Assembly: GCA_021731695.1 (NCBI GenBank)
Contig: JAKFWZ010000080.1
Span: 34,021 to 98,020, forward strand
DNA length: 64,000 nucleotides
Reading direction: 5' to 3'
Source: Candidatus Daviesbacteria bacterium
Lineage (GTDB): Bacteria > Patescibacteriota > Microgenomatia > Daviesbacterales > UBA10151
Made by a program: the position numbers and the translations under genes. This document shows positions 47,199 through 56,555 of the stretch, in pieces. Below the pieces are notes generated by a model. It was not told the origin of the DNA and ran no database searches. It saw only the letters and a list, made by a program, of their open reading frames with translations. Numbering within the stretch: position 1 is the first letter of the stretch; every line of letters starts with the position of its first letter.

Positions 47199-47241
47199 AA
47201 AAACCCCCGCGTAAGTTTTATCTCACGCGGGGATATTTTTT
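47199..47241. terminator. probable intrinsic terminator
   Basis: aaaaa-ccccgcgt..acgcgggg-atattttttt. Confidence 0.55.
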
Positions 47242-47372
47242 CCGCAAGCCAAATACAAATAGCCTTTGGTTTAATTTTTTGGAGGGAACAAGGAAACTGC
47301 TGCAGATTAAAGGATCGCTTTAAAAAGTTGTTGCAACAAATTACAACAGCTCCGTCCTCACGCTTCCACTAT

Positions 47373-47678
47373 CTAGCGCTTCGGACTAATTCTTCCTCCA
47401 TCTACACTTCTCCCTCGCGGAGCTCCATCATTAACTGATATCTTAGAAGCCCTGCTACTGCCTTCACCAACAGCTGCCAGCAACCTACTTCTATCAATCA
47501 CAACTCCGTCCGGACCCACTACGCCTGAGAATCTTGGTTTTTGTACCATTCTCAACTCATTTGTAACTGATTGAGCTTCCATCTGAACCGGCCCTTCATT
47601 ATTACTGACTCCGGTATAATCTTCCTGGGTCACTACTTCCGGTACAAGTTCAAAACCTTCTTTTCTGTCTATTGCCAT
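47373..47678 (-). CDS. hypothetical protein
   Basis: AGGAGGTG site 6 nt upstream of ATG 47678. Confidence 0.6.
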   Translation of the reverse strand: MAIDRKEGFELVPEVVTQEDYTGVSNNEGPVQMEAQSVTNELRMVQKPRFSGVVGPDGVVIDRSRLLAAVGEGSSRASKISVNDGAPRGRSVDGGRISPKR

Positions 47679-47788
47679 TTTTATCACCTCCTTTCTTTAC
47701 TGGTTTCAAAATATCACATCAATTTAATCAATTTCAACACCCCCCATTTGACTCTATAGTTTAAAAGTAATAAAATTATAGGCCTAAA

Positions 47789-48436
47789 ATGAATATTGAC
47801 GCAGAAAGAAGCCGGATGATAGCTCAAATATTGGTAAGGCCTGATCCCGGTAATCCACGGGTAACCGCTATCAGTTACCCAAGCAAAGGTCCAGGAGATT
47901 TATTCCCTATTCAGCCTAGATTTAAAGTTCTTGATAGTTACCCGAAGGCAAAGGAAACGATAGTTGACGCATTATTACAAGAAACTACAACTGCACCTAG
48001 CCCGACACTTCTGGTAGCTACAAGACCGTTTGGGGAAAGATTTGCTCTCGATCTGGCCAGGATTCGACAGATGCCTGAAGTTGGCTATGACACTACGGAA
48101 GAAAGATTTCACGATGCAGATATTTTATATGATATGCCGAACAGTAAAGCTGTTGTTGTCGTTGATAGTCTGGGAGGCGGCGGATCGGCAAAAACTATTA
48201 TCAGTCGTCTTGAGGCAGATTACGGCATCAAAACTCCCCTTTTGCTTTGTGTAATGATCAGTGCAATGTCCAAAAGTATGAAAGAGATAGAAGCAATGGG
48301 GACAGAAGTCAGGCCGCTGACCACCGATGAGGAGATTATGCGAAATCTTGATTTTCTTGCTTACGGAAATAACAAAGCGAGAGTCGGGAAAAGAAGGCGA
48401 TACCTTCATGCACACGCAGGTCAACTACCTGGTTAA
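47789..48436 (+). CDS. divergent type I phosphoribosyltransferase-like protein
   Basis: VVVVDSLGGGGSA PRPP-loop-like motif. Confidence 0.55.
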   Translation: MNIDAERSRMIAQILVRPDPGNPRVTAISYPSKGPGDLFPIQPRFKVLDSYPKAKETIVDALLQETTTAPSPTLLVATRPFGERFALDLARIRQMPEVGYDTTEERFHDADILYDMPNSKAVVVVDSLGGGGSAKTIISRLEADYGIKTPLLLCVMISAMSKSMKEIEAMGTEVRPLTTDEEIMRNLDFLAYGNNKARVGKRRRYLHAHAGQLPG

Positions 48437-49474
48437 TCCCCCCGTAACCCTAACCTTTGCCAATAAATCCAAATCATCTAATAACTTGTAGCAGCCTCTT
48501 ACCACCGTTGTTAATGGATCGTCCGCGACCCAAACCGGAATTTTCGTTTCTTCAGAAATTCTTTTATCAAGCCCGCGGATTAACGCACCTCCGCCGGTAA
48601 TAATAATTCCACGCTCCAAAATATCCGCCAAAAGCTCCGGAGGCGTTTCCTCTAAAACTTCCTGTATTGCGTTGATTATTTGCGCGATTGTCGAAGACAA
48701 CGCTTCCCTTATTTCAACTGAAGTAACTCTAATTGATTTTGGCAAACCTGTAGCTAACTCCCGCCCTCTAACAACCGCTTCTTTTTCTTTAACTAGTTGG
48801 GTCGCTGATCCAAGTTCAATTTTTAAATCCTCTGCAGTTCTCTCACCAATCAACATTCCATATCTCATTCTCATATACGAAATTATGTCTTCGTCGAGTT
48901 CATCGCCTGCAATCCTCAGACTTCGATTTAAAACCATTCCTCCTAAAGAAATAACTGCAATTTCAGTCGTCCCTCCACCAATATCAACAACCATATTCCC
49001 TTCGGGCTCTTCAATATTCATATTAGAACCTATCGCATCAGCCATCGGCTCTTCAATTAAATAAGCTTCGCGCGCGCCTGCAGACATTGCCGCATCCTGA
49101 ACTGCTCTTCGTTCCACTTCTGTGACACCTGAAGGGATTCCAATGACCACACGGGGACGCGGAATTTTGGGAAAACGACTGGGAAGTTGGTGAACTTTTT
49201 GGATAAAATGACGGAGCATTGCTTCTGTAGTATCAAAATCCGATATAACACCATCGCGTAAAGGACGGATTGCCTCAATAATTTGTGGTGTTCTGCCGAT
49301 CATCCTTTTAGCTTCAGTACCGATTGCGAGGACTTGTTTTGTTTTTTTGTGAATTGCTACAACTGAGGGTTCACGGATTAATATTCCCTTACCCCGGACA
49401 GCAACAAGAGTATTAACAGTTCCCAAATCGATACCAATATCATGAGAAATAAGTTGCCAGAGGCGGCTTAGCAT
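48425..49474 (-). CDS. mreB: rod shape-determining protein MreB
   Basis: DIGIDLGT, EPSVVA, DIGGGTTE, TGGGAL. Confidence 0.98.
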   Translation of the reverse strand: MLSRLWQLISHDIGIDLGTVNTLVAVRGKGILIREPSVVAIHKKTKQVLAIGTEAKRMIGRTPQIIEAIRPLRDGVISDFDTTEAMLRHFIQKVHQLPSRFPKIPRPRVVIGIPSGVTEVERRAVQDAAMSAGAREAYLIEEPMADAIGSNMNIEEPEGNMVVDIGGGTTEIAVISLGGMVLNRSLRIAGDELDEDIISYMRMRYGMLIGERTAEDLKIELGSATQLVKEKEAVVRGRELATGLPKSIRVTSVEIREALSSTIAQIINAIQEVLEETPPELLADILERGIIITGGGALIRGLDKRISEETKIPVWVADDPLTTVVRGCYKLLDDLDLLAKVRVTGGLTR

Positions 49475-49543
49475 AATGGGTTTGAGTTTAAGGTTTCCCG
49501 GCTAAAAAGGCAAGGATGCCAGAATACTCAAGTTGAATTTAAA

Positions 49544-50962
49544 CTACTGTGAGCAGGTAAACGGGTGATTTAAATCATTTTTTATCATCCCTCCCCACTC
49601 AACTAGTGTAAATCCCTTACGCAAAGGAGTAATTACTTCAGGCGGAGTTGCAGTTCTTGGTTTTTCAAGTTTTTCAAAATATAAACTAAACCTGATTGAG
49701 GAGTCGGGTTTAGGAATAACTGTTAAAGGCTCGATATAATCTTTCATTTTTTGATCTACAATTCCTACGAAATAATAGGGGGAATCAGGCAAATGCTTCG
49801 TCCAATATTCTATAAAATCAGCTTCTTCTTTAGAATTTAAACCCAGCTTCGGCAAAATCTCTTTATAGAAAATAGGCAGATCTTTATATTTCAAAACCCA
49901 ACCTTTTTCAGGCTTTTTAAATGCATCATCACGAATCTTACTTTCGTAATACAAATAATCATATGTGTTAATTGATAATTGATAACTGCTAACTGTTAAC
50001 TGCCCTCCGGGCTCAGCCCAAACTGTCCAACCCTTTTCCATATCATACGGCGGATCAACATATATCAACTCCCCTTTTGGCTTAACCTTAACATTCACAA
50101 GTTGAGTGGTTTGGGGATAAAGATATACCGCGGGCTTACAATGAACGCTGAAGAATGCCCCGCCCGGATTGGTAAATTCAAACCATTCCAGCTGAAGCTG
50201 ACTACTGTCTGTACTAAATTCCTGAGGCGGAACCACAACACTGGCACCTTTACTAAAACCCTCGGCTGTCGGATAAACATCGGCTATAAATCTGGCATTC
50301 GGTGAACACTCGTAGGCCTCCGCATTATCATCATAACTCCGCGCAGGATCATCGTGGATCGATTTCATTTGGTATAAATCCGCAACCTCACCATAAGGCG
50401 GTTCACCGCTATCCGGGTTCGTTGGGTCAAAATCGACTATTATCGGAGATCCCGTATCGGTTAAGTGTTGGGCGAACAAAAAACCTTCCTTATATAAGTT
50501 ATAGACTCTATTACCCCCACCCTGATTACCATCCTCATCAAAATTATAATATCCGGCCACAGCCTGAGAGAACTCATCCCTCAAGCCAAATTCACCCCAA
50601 TCGGTGGCAAAAAGCGGTCGATATAACTTTGTTACACCATCGGGCTTTGTTATCGGCACAGAGGGAGTATTCGGAATTTGTTCCGCGTGCTCCAGAGATC
50701 TGAACATTAATTCCCGTCCCCCAATAATCACATTCTCCCTAACCAAAATATAGTCCACCGTATTTTGTCTATTCCCGGCATTCTCGGGGAATTGCACGAT
50801 AAACTCTTCACCGTAATCCGGAGCATTTCCAACAATCGGACAATCAGACTGCGTTTTTTTAGGAGGCTGGTGGTTATAAGGGTAGAGAACTGCAGAAAGA
50901 AAAATCATGAAGACTAAAATGGTTTCGGCAATATAACCATGTTGGGAAAGTTTAGGCAGCAT
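49544..50962 (-). CDS. exported hypothetical protein with KP.VYLYP..EWGG C-terminal domain
   Basis: N-terminal hydrophobic segment; 472 aa. Confidence 0.8.
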   Translation of the reverse strand: MLPKLSQHGYIAETILVFMIFLSAVLYPYNHQPPKKTQSDCPIVGNAPDYGEEFIVQFPENAGNRQNTVDYILVRENVIIGGRELMFRSLEHAEQIPNTPSVPITKPDGVTKLYRPLFATDWGEFGLRDEFSQAVAGYYNFDEDGNQGGGNRVYNLYKEGFLFAQHLTDTGSPIIVDFDPTNPDSGEPPYGEVADLYQMKSIHDDPARSYDDNAEAYECSPNARFIADVYPTAEGFSKGASVVVPPQEFSTDSSQLQLEWFEFTNPGGAFFSVHCKPAVYLYPQTTQLVNVKVKPKGELIYVDPPYDMEKGWTVWAEPGGQLTVSSYQLSINTYDYLYYESKIRDDAFKKPEKGWVLKYKDLPIFYKEILPKLGLNSKEEADFIEYWTKHLPDSPYYFVGIVDQKMKDYIEPLTVIPKPDSSIRFSLYFEKLEKPRTATPPEVITPLRKGFTLVEWGGMIKNDLNHPFTCSQ

Positions 50963-51032
50963 AAGTATATTTTAATATACAGTAGATACACTTGCTTTGC
51001 TAACCCCTAAACCTTTAATATTGAAGCTGATT

Positions 51033-53174
51033 ATGCTTCTTAAAATTTTGAAGGCGGGTTTTATTCTCCTTTTTTGCTTAACACCATTTGTATTCACAAA
51101 ATTTAACTCCGAGCTTTTTGAGTACAACAAAATGATGCTGGTCTACTTATTAACCGTTATTACGGCGGGAACCTGGATATTAAGAATGATTTCCGAAAAA
51201 AGATTGATCTGGAAGAGGACTATCCTGGACATTCCTTTAGCTTTATTCCTAATAAGCCAACTTATCTCAACTATTATCTCAATCGATATTCACACTTCAA
51301 TTTGGGGCTATTACTCGCGCTCAAACGGCGGACTTCTTTCGGTAATTTCTTTTATTGTTTTGTATTTTGCATTCGTTTCGAATTTTGAAAGCAAAGATGT
51401 TTTGAAGTTTTTAAAAGCTTCGGTTGTAGCCGGAGCATTTGTTGCTTTATATGCAATTCCGGAACACTTCGGTGCCTCCTTTTCCTGTTTAATTTTGGAA
51501 CAAGGACTAACTGTAAGCTGCTGGGTTCAGGATGTTCAGGCAAGAGTTTTCGGAACTCTCGGCCAGCCGAATTGGTTAGCTGCATATCTCTCCATGTTAA
51601 TCTTTCCGGCAATATACTTTTTCATAACAGCCAAAACTGTTTCTAAACGTATCTCGTATTTCGTATTGCTTATTGCGTATTACCTGGCCTTCACTTTCAC
51701 CTACTCAAGAGGCGCAACTTTAGGTTTAATCGCCGGAGCGGCAGTAATGGGACTTGGCGTTTTATATTCTGGAGTAAGATCAAACGATTATAAAAACTTT
51801 AAACTTTACACCATCGTTATCATTGTTCTTTTATTTTTGAGCATGGTTTACGGAACAGCGATCAGCGAATACAGACTATTAAACGATCCTTCAGTTCCTT
51901 TGCGTCCTACACTATCAGAATCAGGCTCAAGCGGAACACAACTGGAAAATGGCGGAACTGAATCAGGAAAAATCAGGCTAATTGTATGGAACGGCGCTTT
52001 AGATATTTTTAGAGCTTTTCCAATATTTGGCTCAGGCGTTGAAACCTTTGCTTATGCTTATTATCAATTCAGACCACCCGAGCATAACATGGTTTCAGAG
52101 TGGGACTTTTTATATAACAAGGCTCATAATGAGTATCTTAATTATTTAGCCACAACAGGAGCTTTTGGGTTTTTAAGTTATATTGCGGTTATTATTGTTT
52201 TTTTGTTATGGGTTATGCGTTATGTGCTGCTCATAAAACCCAAAGAACTCATAACTCATAACTCACTACTCAAGAGCGAAAGCTCGCAAGCTCTGCTTAT
52301 AACGTCCCTTGCTGCAGGTTATATCAGCTTCTTGGTTCAAAATTTCTTCCTTTTCTCCGTAGTTACAGGCTCCTTATTTTTCTATATGTTTCCCGCAATT
52401 CTTTTCGTTTACTTTGACGAAGTCAAAGAGCTTTCGCCTAAAAATATCCTGTCCAGGTCTTTAGAAAAGCTTTTCATATTAATCAGCCGTAATAAGATCT
52501 CTTTGTGGATTGTGCGAATCTTGATTGTTCTCATTATCTTAATTTTTCTGAATAACCTTTTATCACTTTGGGAAGCTGATAAAGCGTATAAAGACGGCTC
52601 TGCGTATAATGACTATGGAAATCCCGGAAGAGCTTACAATTTTTTAATTGAAGCAGTTGGTTTAAACCCAGGTGAACCTCTATATTTAGTAGAACTTGGA
52701 AACGCAGCCGGATCATCAGCAATTGCATTAGCAGAAGAAGATGCAACAACTTCAGCTGAACTTATTGGCGATTCGGAATTTTTTACAGATTTAGGAATAT
52801 CAATCAGTCCAGTTAATACTTCAGTCCTACGAACTGCAATAAGAACTTACTTTCAATTAAGTTTACTCGACCCAAAATATAAAGATAAAACGCTCGAAAT
52901 CGTTAACCAGACAATAGAACTTGCACCAACTGATCCAAAACTTTTAGTTAATAAGGCAGTTATATTAACGCAATTCGAGCAGATTCCTGAGGCAATTGAA
53001 GCGTATAAAAAAGCTGTTGAATTAAAACCCGATTATCGGGAAGCCAGATTGCAGTTGGGGGATTTGTATGTAAAAACAAATCAGAAGGATTTGGCAAAGC
53101 AACAGGCGGATTATGTTTTGGAAAAAATTCCCAATGATCCTGATGCTTTAAAACTTCAGGAAGCGGCAAAATAA
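51033..53174 (+). CDS. O-antigen ligase family membrane protein with TPR repeats
   Basis: GTLGQPNWLAAYL, T.SRG, R..W, AHNEYL; TPR C-terminus. Confidence 0.88.
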   Translation: MLLKILKAGFILLFCLTPFVFTKFNSELFEYNKMMLVYLLTVITAGTWILRMISEKRLIWKRTILDIPLALFLISQLISTIISIDIHTSIWGYYSRSNGGLLSVISFIVLYFAFVSNFESKDVLKFLKASVVAGAFVALYAIPEHFGASFSCLILEQGLTVSCWVQDVQARVFGTLGQPNWLAAYLSMLIFPAIYFFITAKTVSKRISYFVLLIAYYLAFTFTYSRGATLGLIAGAAVMGLGVLYSGVRSNDYKNFKLYTIVIIVLLFLSMVYGTAISEYRLLNDPSVPLRPTLSESGSSGTQLENGGTESGKIRLIVWNGALDIFRAFPIFGSGVETFAYAYYQFRPPEHNMVSEWDFLYNKAHNEYLNYLATTGAFGFLSYIAVIIVFLLWVMRYVLLIKPKELITHNSLLKSESSQALLITSLAAGYISFLVQNFFLFSVVTGSLFFYMFPAILFVYFDEVKELSPKNILSRSLEKLFILISRNKISLWIVRILIVLIILIFLNNLLSLWEADKAYKDGSAYNDYGNPGRAYNFLIEAVGLNPGEPLYLVELGNAAGSSAIALAEEDATTSAELIGDSEFFTDLGISISPVNTSVLRTAIRTYFQLSLLDPKYKDKTLEIVNQTIELAPTDPKLLVNKAVILTQFEQIPEAIEAYKKAVELKPDYREARLQLGDLYVKTNQKDLAKQQADYVLEKIPNDPDALKLQEAAK
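52205..52299. repeat. GTTATGN/ACTCATA inverted array plus GCAAGCTCTGCTT unit, in frame
   Basis: encodes LWVMRYV..ELITHNSLLKSESSQALL. Confidence 0.7.
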
Positions 53175-53177
53175 AAT

Positions 53178-53306
53178 GTCATTCCCACCGGACCATCAAA
53201 GCTGGGAGGTCGCTTGCAAAAATTGTCATTCAGAGCCCCGAAGGGGCGTGGAATCCTGATTTAAATATAATCAAGATTGCGACGTCACTTTGTTCCTCGC
53301 AATGAC
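53178..53306. repeat. CGTC-family composite
   Basis: gtcattccc-accgga..ggaggtcgcttgcaaaa then gtcattcagagc..ctcgcaatgac. Confidence 0.85.
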
Positions 53307-53315
53307 ATCAATTTT

Positions 53316-53579
53316 ATGAAATCAATATCAGCTATTCTTGATAAAACCAAGGAAACTAAAAGACCCAAGAACATCTCGCAGGAATTTCAATCATATGGAG
53401 TTTATGTAGCTGATACTTTAGGAGACTCGAAACATTATTCACTTTATATAAAACTTGCAAAAACAATGCCGAGAAAAATTTTAGACGAAGCGTTAAGTTA
53501 TGTAAAAGATTATCCAAATCCAAAATCCAAACCTAAGCTGTTTATGTGGAAAATTAAACAGTTGAAAAATCCTACCTGA
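53316..53579 (+). CDS. hypothetical protein
   Basis: basic 87-aa ORF; start moved past the repeat. Confidence 0.7.
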   Translation: MKSISAILDKTKETKRPKNISQEFQSYGVYVADTLGDSKHYSLYIKLAKTMPRKILDEALSYVKDYPNPKSKPKLFMWKIKQLKNPT

Positions 53580-53581
53580 TT

Positions 53582-54283
53582 TCATTTATCCCCTAAAAAA
53601 GTAACTGGTGCTCCGGGATAAGATTGCGAAAGCCTCACTCTTAAAGATTGAAGATTTACTAATTTACGGGGAATAAATTTACCAGTTTGAACATCATGAA
53701 CTGTAGCATCGACAAATAAACCTCCTGCTACAGACATTTCTAGCCTACTAACACTAACTTCAGTACCTTGATATTCATCTGGCACGACGATGATCGGATC
53801 CATTATTGGACATATCCTATCCCGATTAGTTGAATAAAAGATTTCCAAACTCAGATCGGCTCTATATGGATCTAACTCCGGTATATGAGGAATACCTAGG
53901 GGATTTAAAGCTATACCTCCATACCTGGAACTGACATGGGTTATCCTTGTGTCTTTAACTAATCTTAGGTCTGATGGATCAATAACCAAGACTATATCAC
54001 CCAATAATTCTGTTCCTTTGGCGTCCCTGCCTTCATACTTCCTTACTTGAATTTCAGGTGTTTCATTTATACTTCTGCCTACCGAAATTCTATGTCCTAA
54101 AGCACATAATTTATCTAGACTAGGGGAGAAAAATTCCCTACTTCTCCTATAATTAGGATCATCAGTATAAAAATGGCCTCTGTTGAACTGAATATTTCTT
54201 GGACTTGAGCTTTGTAATATTCTGCTTGCATCGGATACATATTCAGGGGTTACTTTTACCATACCAGTTTCAAATTCCGTCAT
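53582..54283 (-). CDS. hypothetical protein (orphan)
   Basis: 233-aa ORF; TATAAT 9 nt upstream. Confidence 0.65.
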   Translation of the reverse strand: MTEFETGMVKVTPEYVSDASRILQSSSPRNIQFNRGHFYTDDPNYRRSREFFSPSLDKLCALGHRISVGRSINETPEIQVRKYEGRDAKGTELLGDIVLVIDPSDLRLVKDTRITHVSSRYGGIALNPLGIPHIPELDPYRADLSLEIFYSTNRDRICPIMDPIIVVPDEYQGTEVSVSRLEMSVAGGLFVDATVHDVQTGKFIPRKLVNLQSLRVRLSQSYPGAPVTFLGDK

Positions 54284-54358
54284 AATGTCGGGATTATAGG
54301 ACTGATTTGAGAGTAAAGCAAGTAGTGTTTTGCGAAATAAAATGCTAAAATTTCACCC

Positions 54359-54877
54359 ATGATACTGGTAATTGCGCCCGATAATAAATTAAGGGTTCAG
54401 ACAAAGCATATAAAAAAATTCTCGCCCAAATATCAACAGACTATTAAAGATATGGTAAAGCTGACTAAAACTTTCGTTGATCCGGAAGGTGTTGGACTGG
54501 CTTCAACTCAAGTTGGTTTAGACGAGCAATATTTCGTTGCCAAAAAAGACGACGGTAAATTTAAAGCCTACTTTAATCCTAAAATATTAAAGAGTTCAAA
54601 GGTTACAAAAGTTTATACTGAAGGCTGCTTATCGATTCCAAATTATTGGGGTGAAGTTTCAAGACACTTATGGGTTGATGTTGAATATCAGGATATTAAT
54701 GGCAATAAAATTAAAGAAAGATTGAAGGGTTTAGAGGCACATATTTATCAGCATGAATGCGATCATTTAAAAGGCGTTTTATTTATGGATCATATTTTAG
54801 AGAAGAAAACTAAACTGTATAAAGTTGTCGGAAAAGATCAAACAGGAGCGGATGTTTATGAGCAAGTGCCGCTCTAG
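54359..54877 (+). CDS. def: peptide deformylase
   Basis: GVGLA..QVG, EGCLS, QHECDHL.G. Confidence 0.97.
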   Translation: MILVIAPDNKLRVQTKHIKKFSPKYQQTIKDMVKLTKTFVDPEGVGLASTQVGLDEQYFVAKKDDGKFKAYFNPKILKSSKVTKVYTEGCLSIPNYWGEVSRHLWVDVEYQDINGNKIKERLKGLEAHIYQHECDHLKGVLFMDHILEKKTKLYKVVGKDQTGADVYEQVPL

Positions 54878-54893
54878 CTTCGCTAGAGAAATT

Positions 54894-54993
54894 TCAAGAA
54901 ACAAGTTACAAGTGTCCAATTAATGACCAAATAATAATTTTCAATTTGAATATTTGAATTTGTGATTTGTTTGTTTCTTGTTTCTTGTTTCTT
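54894..54993. repeat. CAAGAAA/TTTCTTG inverted heptamer array
   Basis: tcaagaaacaagttacaag...ttgtttcttgtttcttgtttctt. Confidence 0.8.
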
Positions 54994-55860
54994 ATGAAAA
55001 TTATATTCCTTGGCACTCCTGATTACGTTGATCCAATAATCCAAACTCTTGATGAAAACTTCGAGCTCGTCAAAGTCATTCGCTCTTCCTCCGACTCTTT
55101 CGACTCATTCGACTCTTTGCAGCCTGACCTTTTAGTTGTCGCTTCATTTGGAAAAATAATTCCTCAATCAATTCTGGAAATTCCAAAGTTCGGAGCAATA
55201 AATATTCACCCTTCACTTTTGCCTAAGTACCGCGGTCCTTCACCTCTTCAAAATCAGATTTTAGACGGAGTTACTGATTCTGCAATTTCGTTTATTTTAA
55301 TGGACAGCGAAATGGATCACGGACCGATATTAAAACAAGTGCCTTTTCAGATTTCAGAAAATGACACGTTCCAGAGTCTTTGCGAAAAAATGTTTGCCGA
55401 GTCTGCAAAATATATTTCAGAAGTTGTTCAGAGTTTAGCTGATGGCAGTATTCAAAAAACAGCGCAAAATGAAGAAGACGCAACTGTTACTAAATTAGTT
55501 GAAAAAGAAGACGGATACTTCGATATCGATAACCCTCCGGCTCCAGAAAAATTACAAAAAATGATCCGCGCATATTATCCTTGGCCAGGAACCTGGACAA
55601 AATGGAATGGGAAAATTGTGAAGTTTTTACCTAACCCCTCCGTCATCGCGAAGCGAGATCGCGAAGGCGTCATTGCGAGACCACGAAGTGGCGAAGCAAT
55701 CTCAGAAAGCGAATCCAATAAATCTATCAGCACTGGGATTGCTTCGGAGAAAGCACCTCGCAATGACGCACCTTTCTTAGTGCAAATGGAAGGGAAAAAA
55801 GCCACAGACTTTAAATCATTCCTAAACGGCTACCCTGATTTTCCTCTCAAATCTATTTGA
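54994..55860 (+). CDS. fmt: methionyl-tRNA formyltransferase with in-frame repeat insert
   Basis: KIIFLGTP, INIHPSLLPKYRG.SP, D.GPI, PWPG. Confidence 0.95.
   Translation: MKIIFLGTPDYVDPIIQTLDENFELVKVIRSSSDSFDSFDSLQPDLLVVASFGKIIPQSILEIPKFGAINIHPSLLPKYRGPSPLQNQILDGVTDSAISFILMDSEMDHGPILKQVPFQISENDTFQSLCEKMFAESAKYISEVVQSLADGSIQKTAQNEEDATVTKLVEKEDGYFDIDNPPAPEKLQKMIRAYYPWPGTWTKWNGKIVKFLPNPSVIAKRDREGVIARPRSGEAISESESNKSISTGIASEKAPRNDAPFLVQMEGKKATDFKSFLNGYPDFPLKSI
55641..55768. repeat. 27-bp unit plus CGTC/RPE-like element, in frame in fmt
   Basis: encodes VIAKRDREGVIARPRSGEAIS..GIASEKAPRND. Confidence 0.92.
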
Positions 55861-55934
55861 CTTTAATTATCAAACCGTTATAATTCTAATGTAGAATTAA
55901 TGAGTATAACTTGTTATACGAATATAATTATATT

Positions 55935-56225
55935 ATGAGTAATACTATTTTGCAGGTACCTATGAGCAAAGACTTACGTGATCAGGCAGCTTCTGCTGCT
56001 TCAAAAATGGGCTTTTCCTCCCTGCAGGAAACTGTCCGGGTTTTCTTAAGCCAGTTGGCTTCTAAAGAGGTACGGATTAATTTCGAGACAAATACTGTTA
56101 GGCTTTCTGCTAAAAATGAGAAAAGATATTCAAAAATGATTGAAGATATCGAATCAGGCAAGGCCAAAACTAAAACTTTTACTACTGTAGAGGCTCTAAT
56201 GCAGGATTTAAATAGTGAAGATTGA
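55935..56225 (+). CDS. RelB/DinJ-like antitoxin
   Basis: ribbon-helix-helix-like N-terminus; overlaps the toxin gene; palindrome gtataacttgttatac upstream. Confidence 0.75.
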   Translation: MSNTILQVPMSKDLRDQAASAASKMGFSSLQETVRVFLSQLASKEVRINFETNTVRLSAKNEKRYSKMIEDIESGKAKTKTFTTVEALMQDLNSED

Positions 56226-56481
56226 ACGGCACCTAAGCTTTAAAAGATCCTATCAGAAAAGGATTGCTCAAAATCCGAAGCTTTCTGCTCAAACAATTCT
56301 AAGAATTAAACTTTTCTCAGAAAACCCTACCAATCCAGCCTTAAAAGACCATTCACTAAAAGGCAGAAAGTTAGGCTTAAGGGCATTTTCTGTATCCGGA
56401 GATATCAGGATTGTATACATAAAAATTTCAGAAAACCATGTACTATTTCTTGATATCGGAAGCCACAACCAGGTTTACTAA
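56215..56481 (+). CDS. RelE/YafQ family mRNA interferase toxin
   Basis: F.RSY, LKDHSLKG, DIRIVY, DIGSH. Confidence 0.88.
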   Translation: MKIERHLSFKRSYQKRIAQNPKLSAQTILRIKLFSENPTNPALKDHSLKGRKLGLRAFSVSGDIRIVYIKISENHVLFLDIGSHNQVY

Positions 56482-56555
56482 CGTCTACCCAATTTTCCTC
56501 TGAAAAATATAGTCCTATAGTTGATGTTTGGGCTTAAATTTGATACACTACAGGC

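Noticed and set aside
1694-55768. Inteins or self-splicing introns as the source of in-frame inserts
   Set aside because: Inserts are about 25-50 aa, lack Cys/Ser..His-Asn ends and group I/II motifs, and match intergenic palindromes
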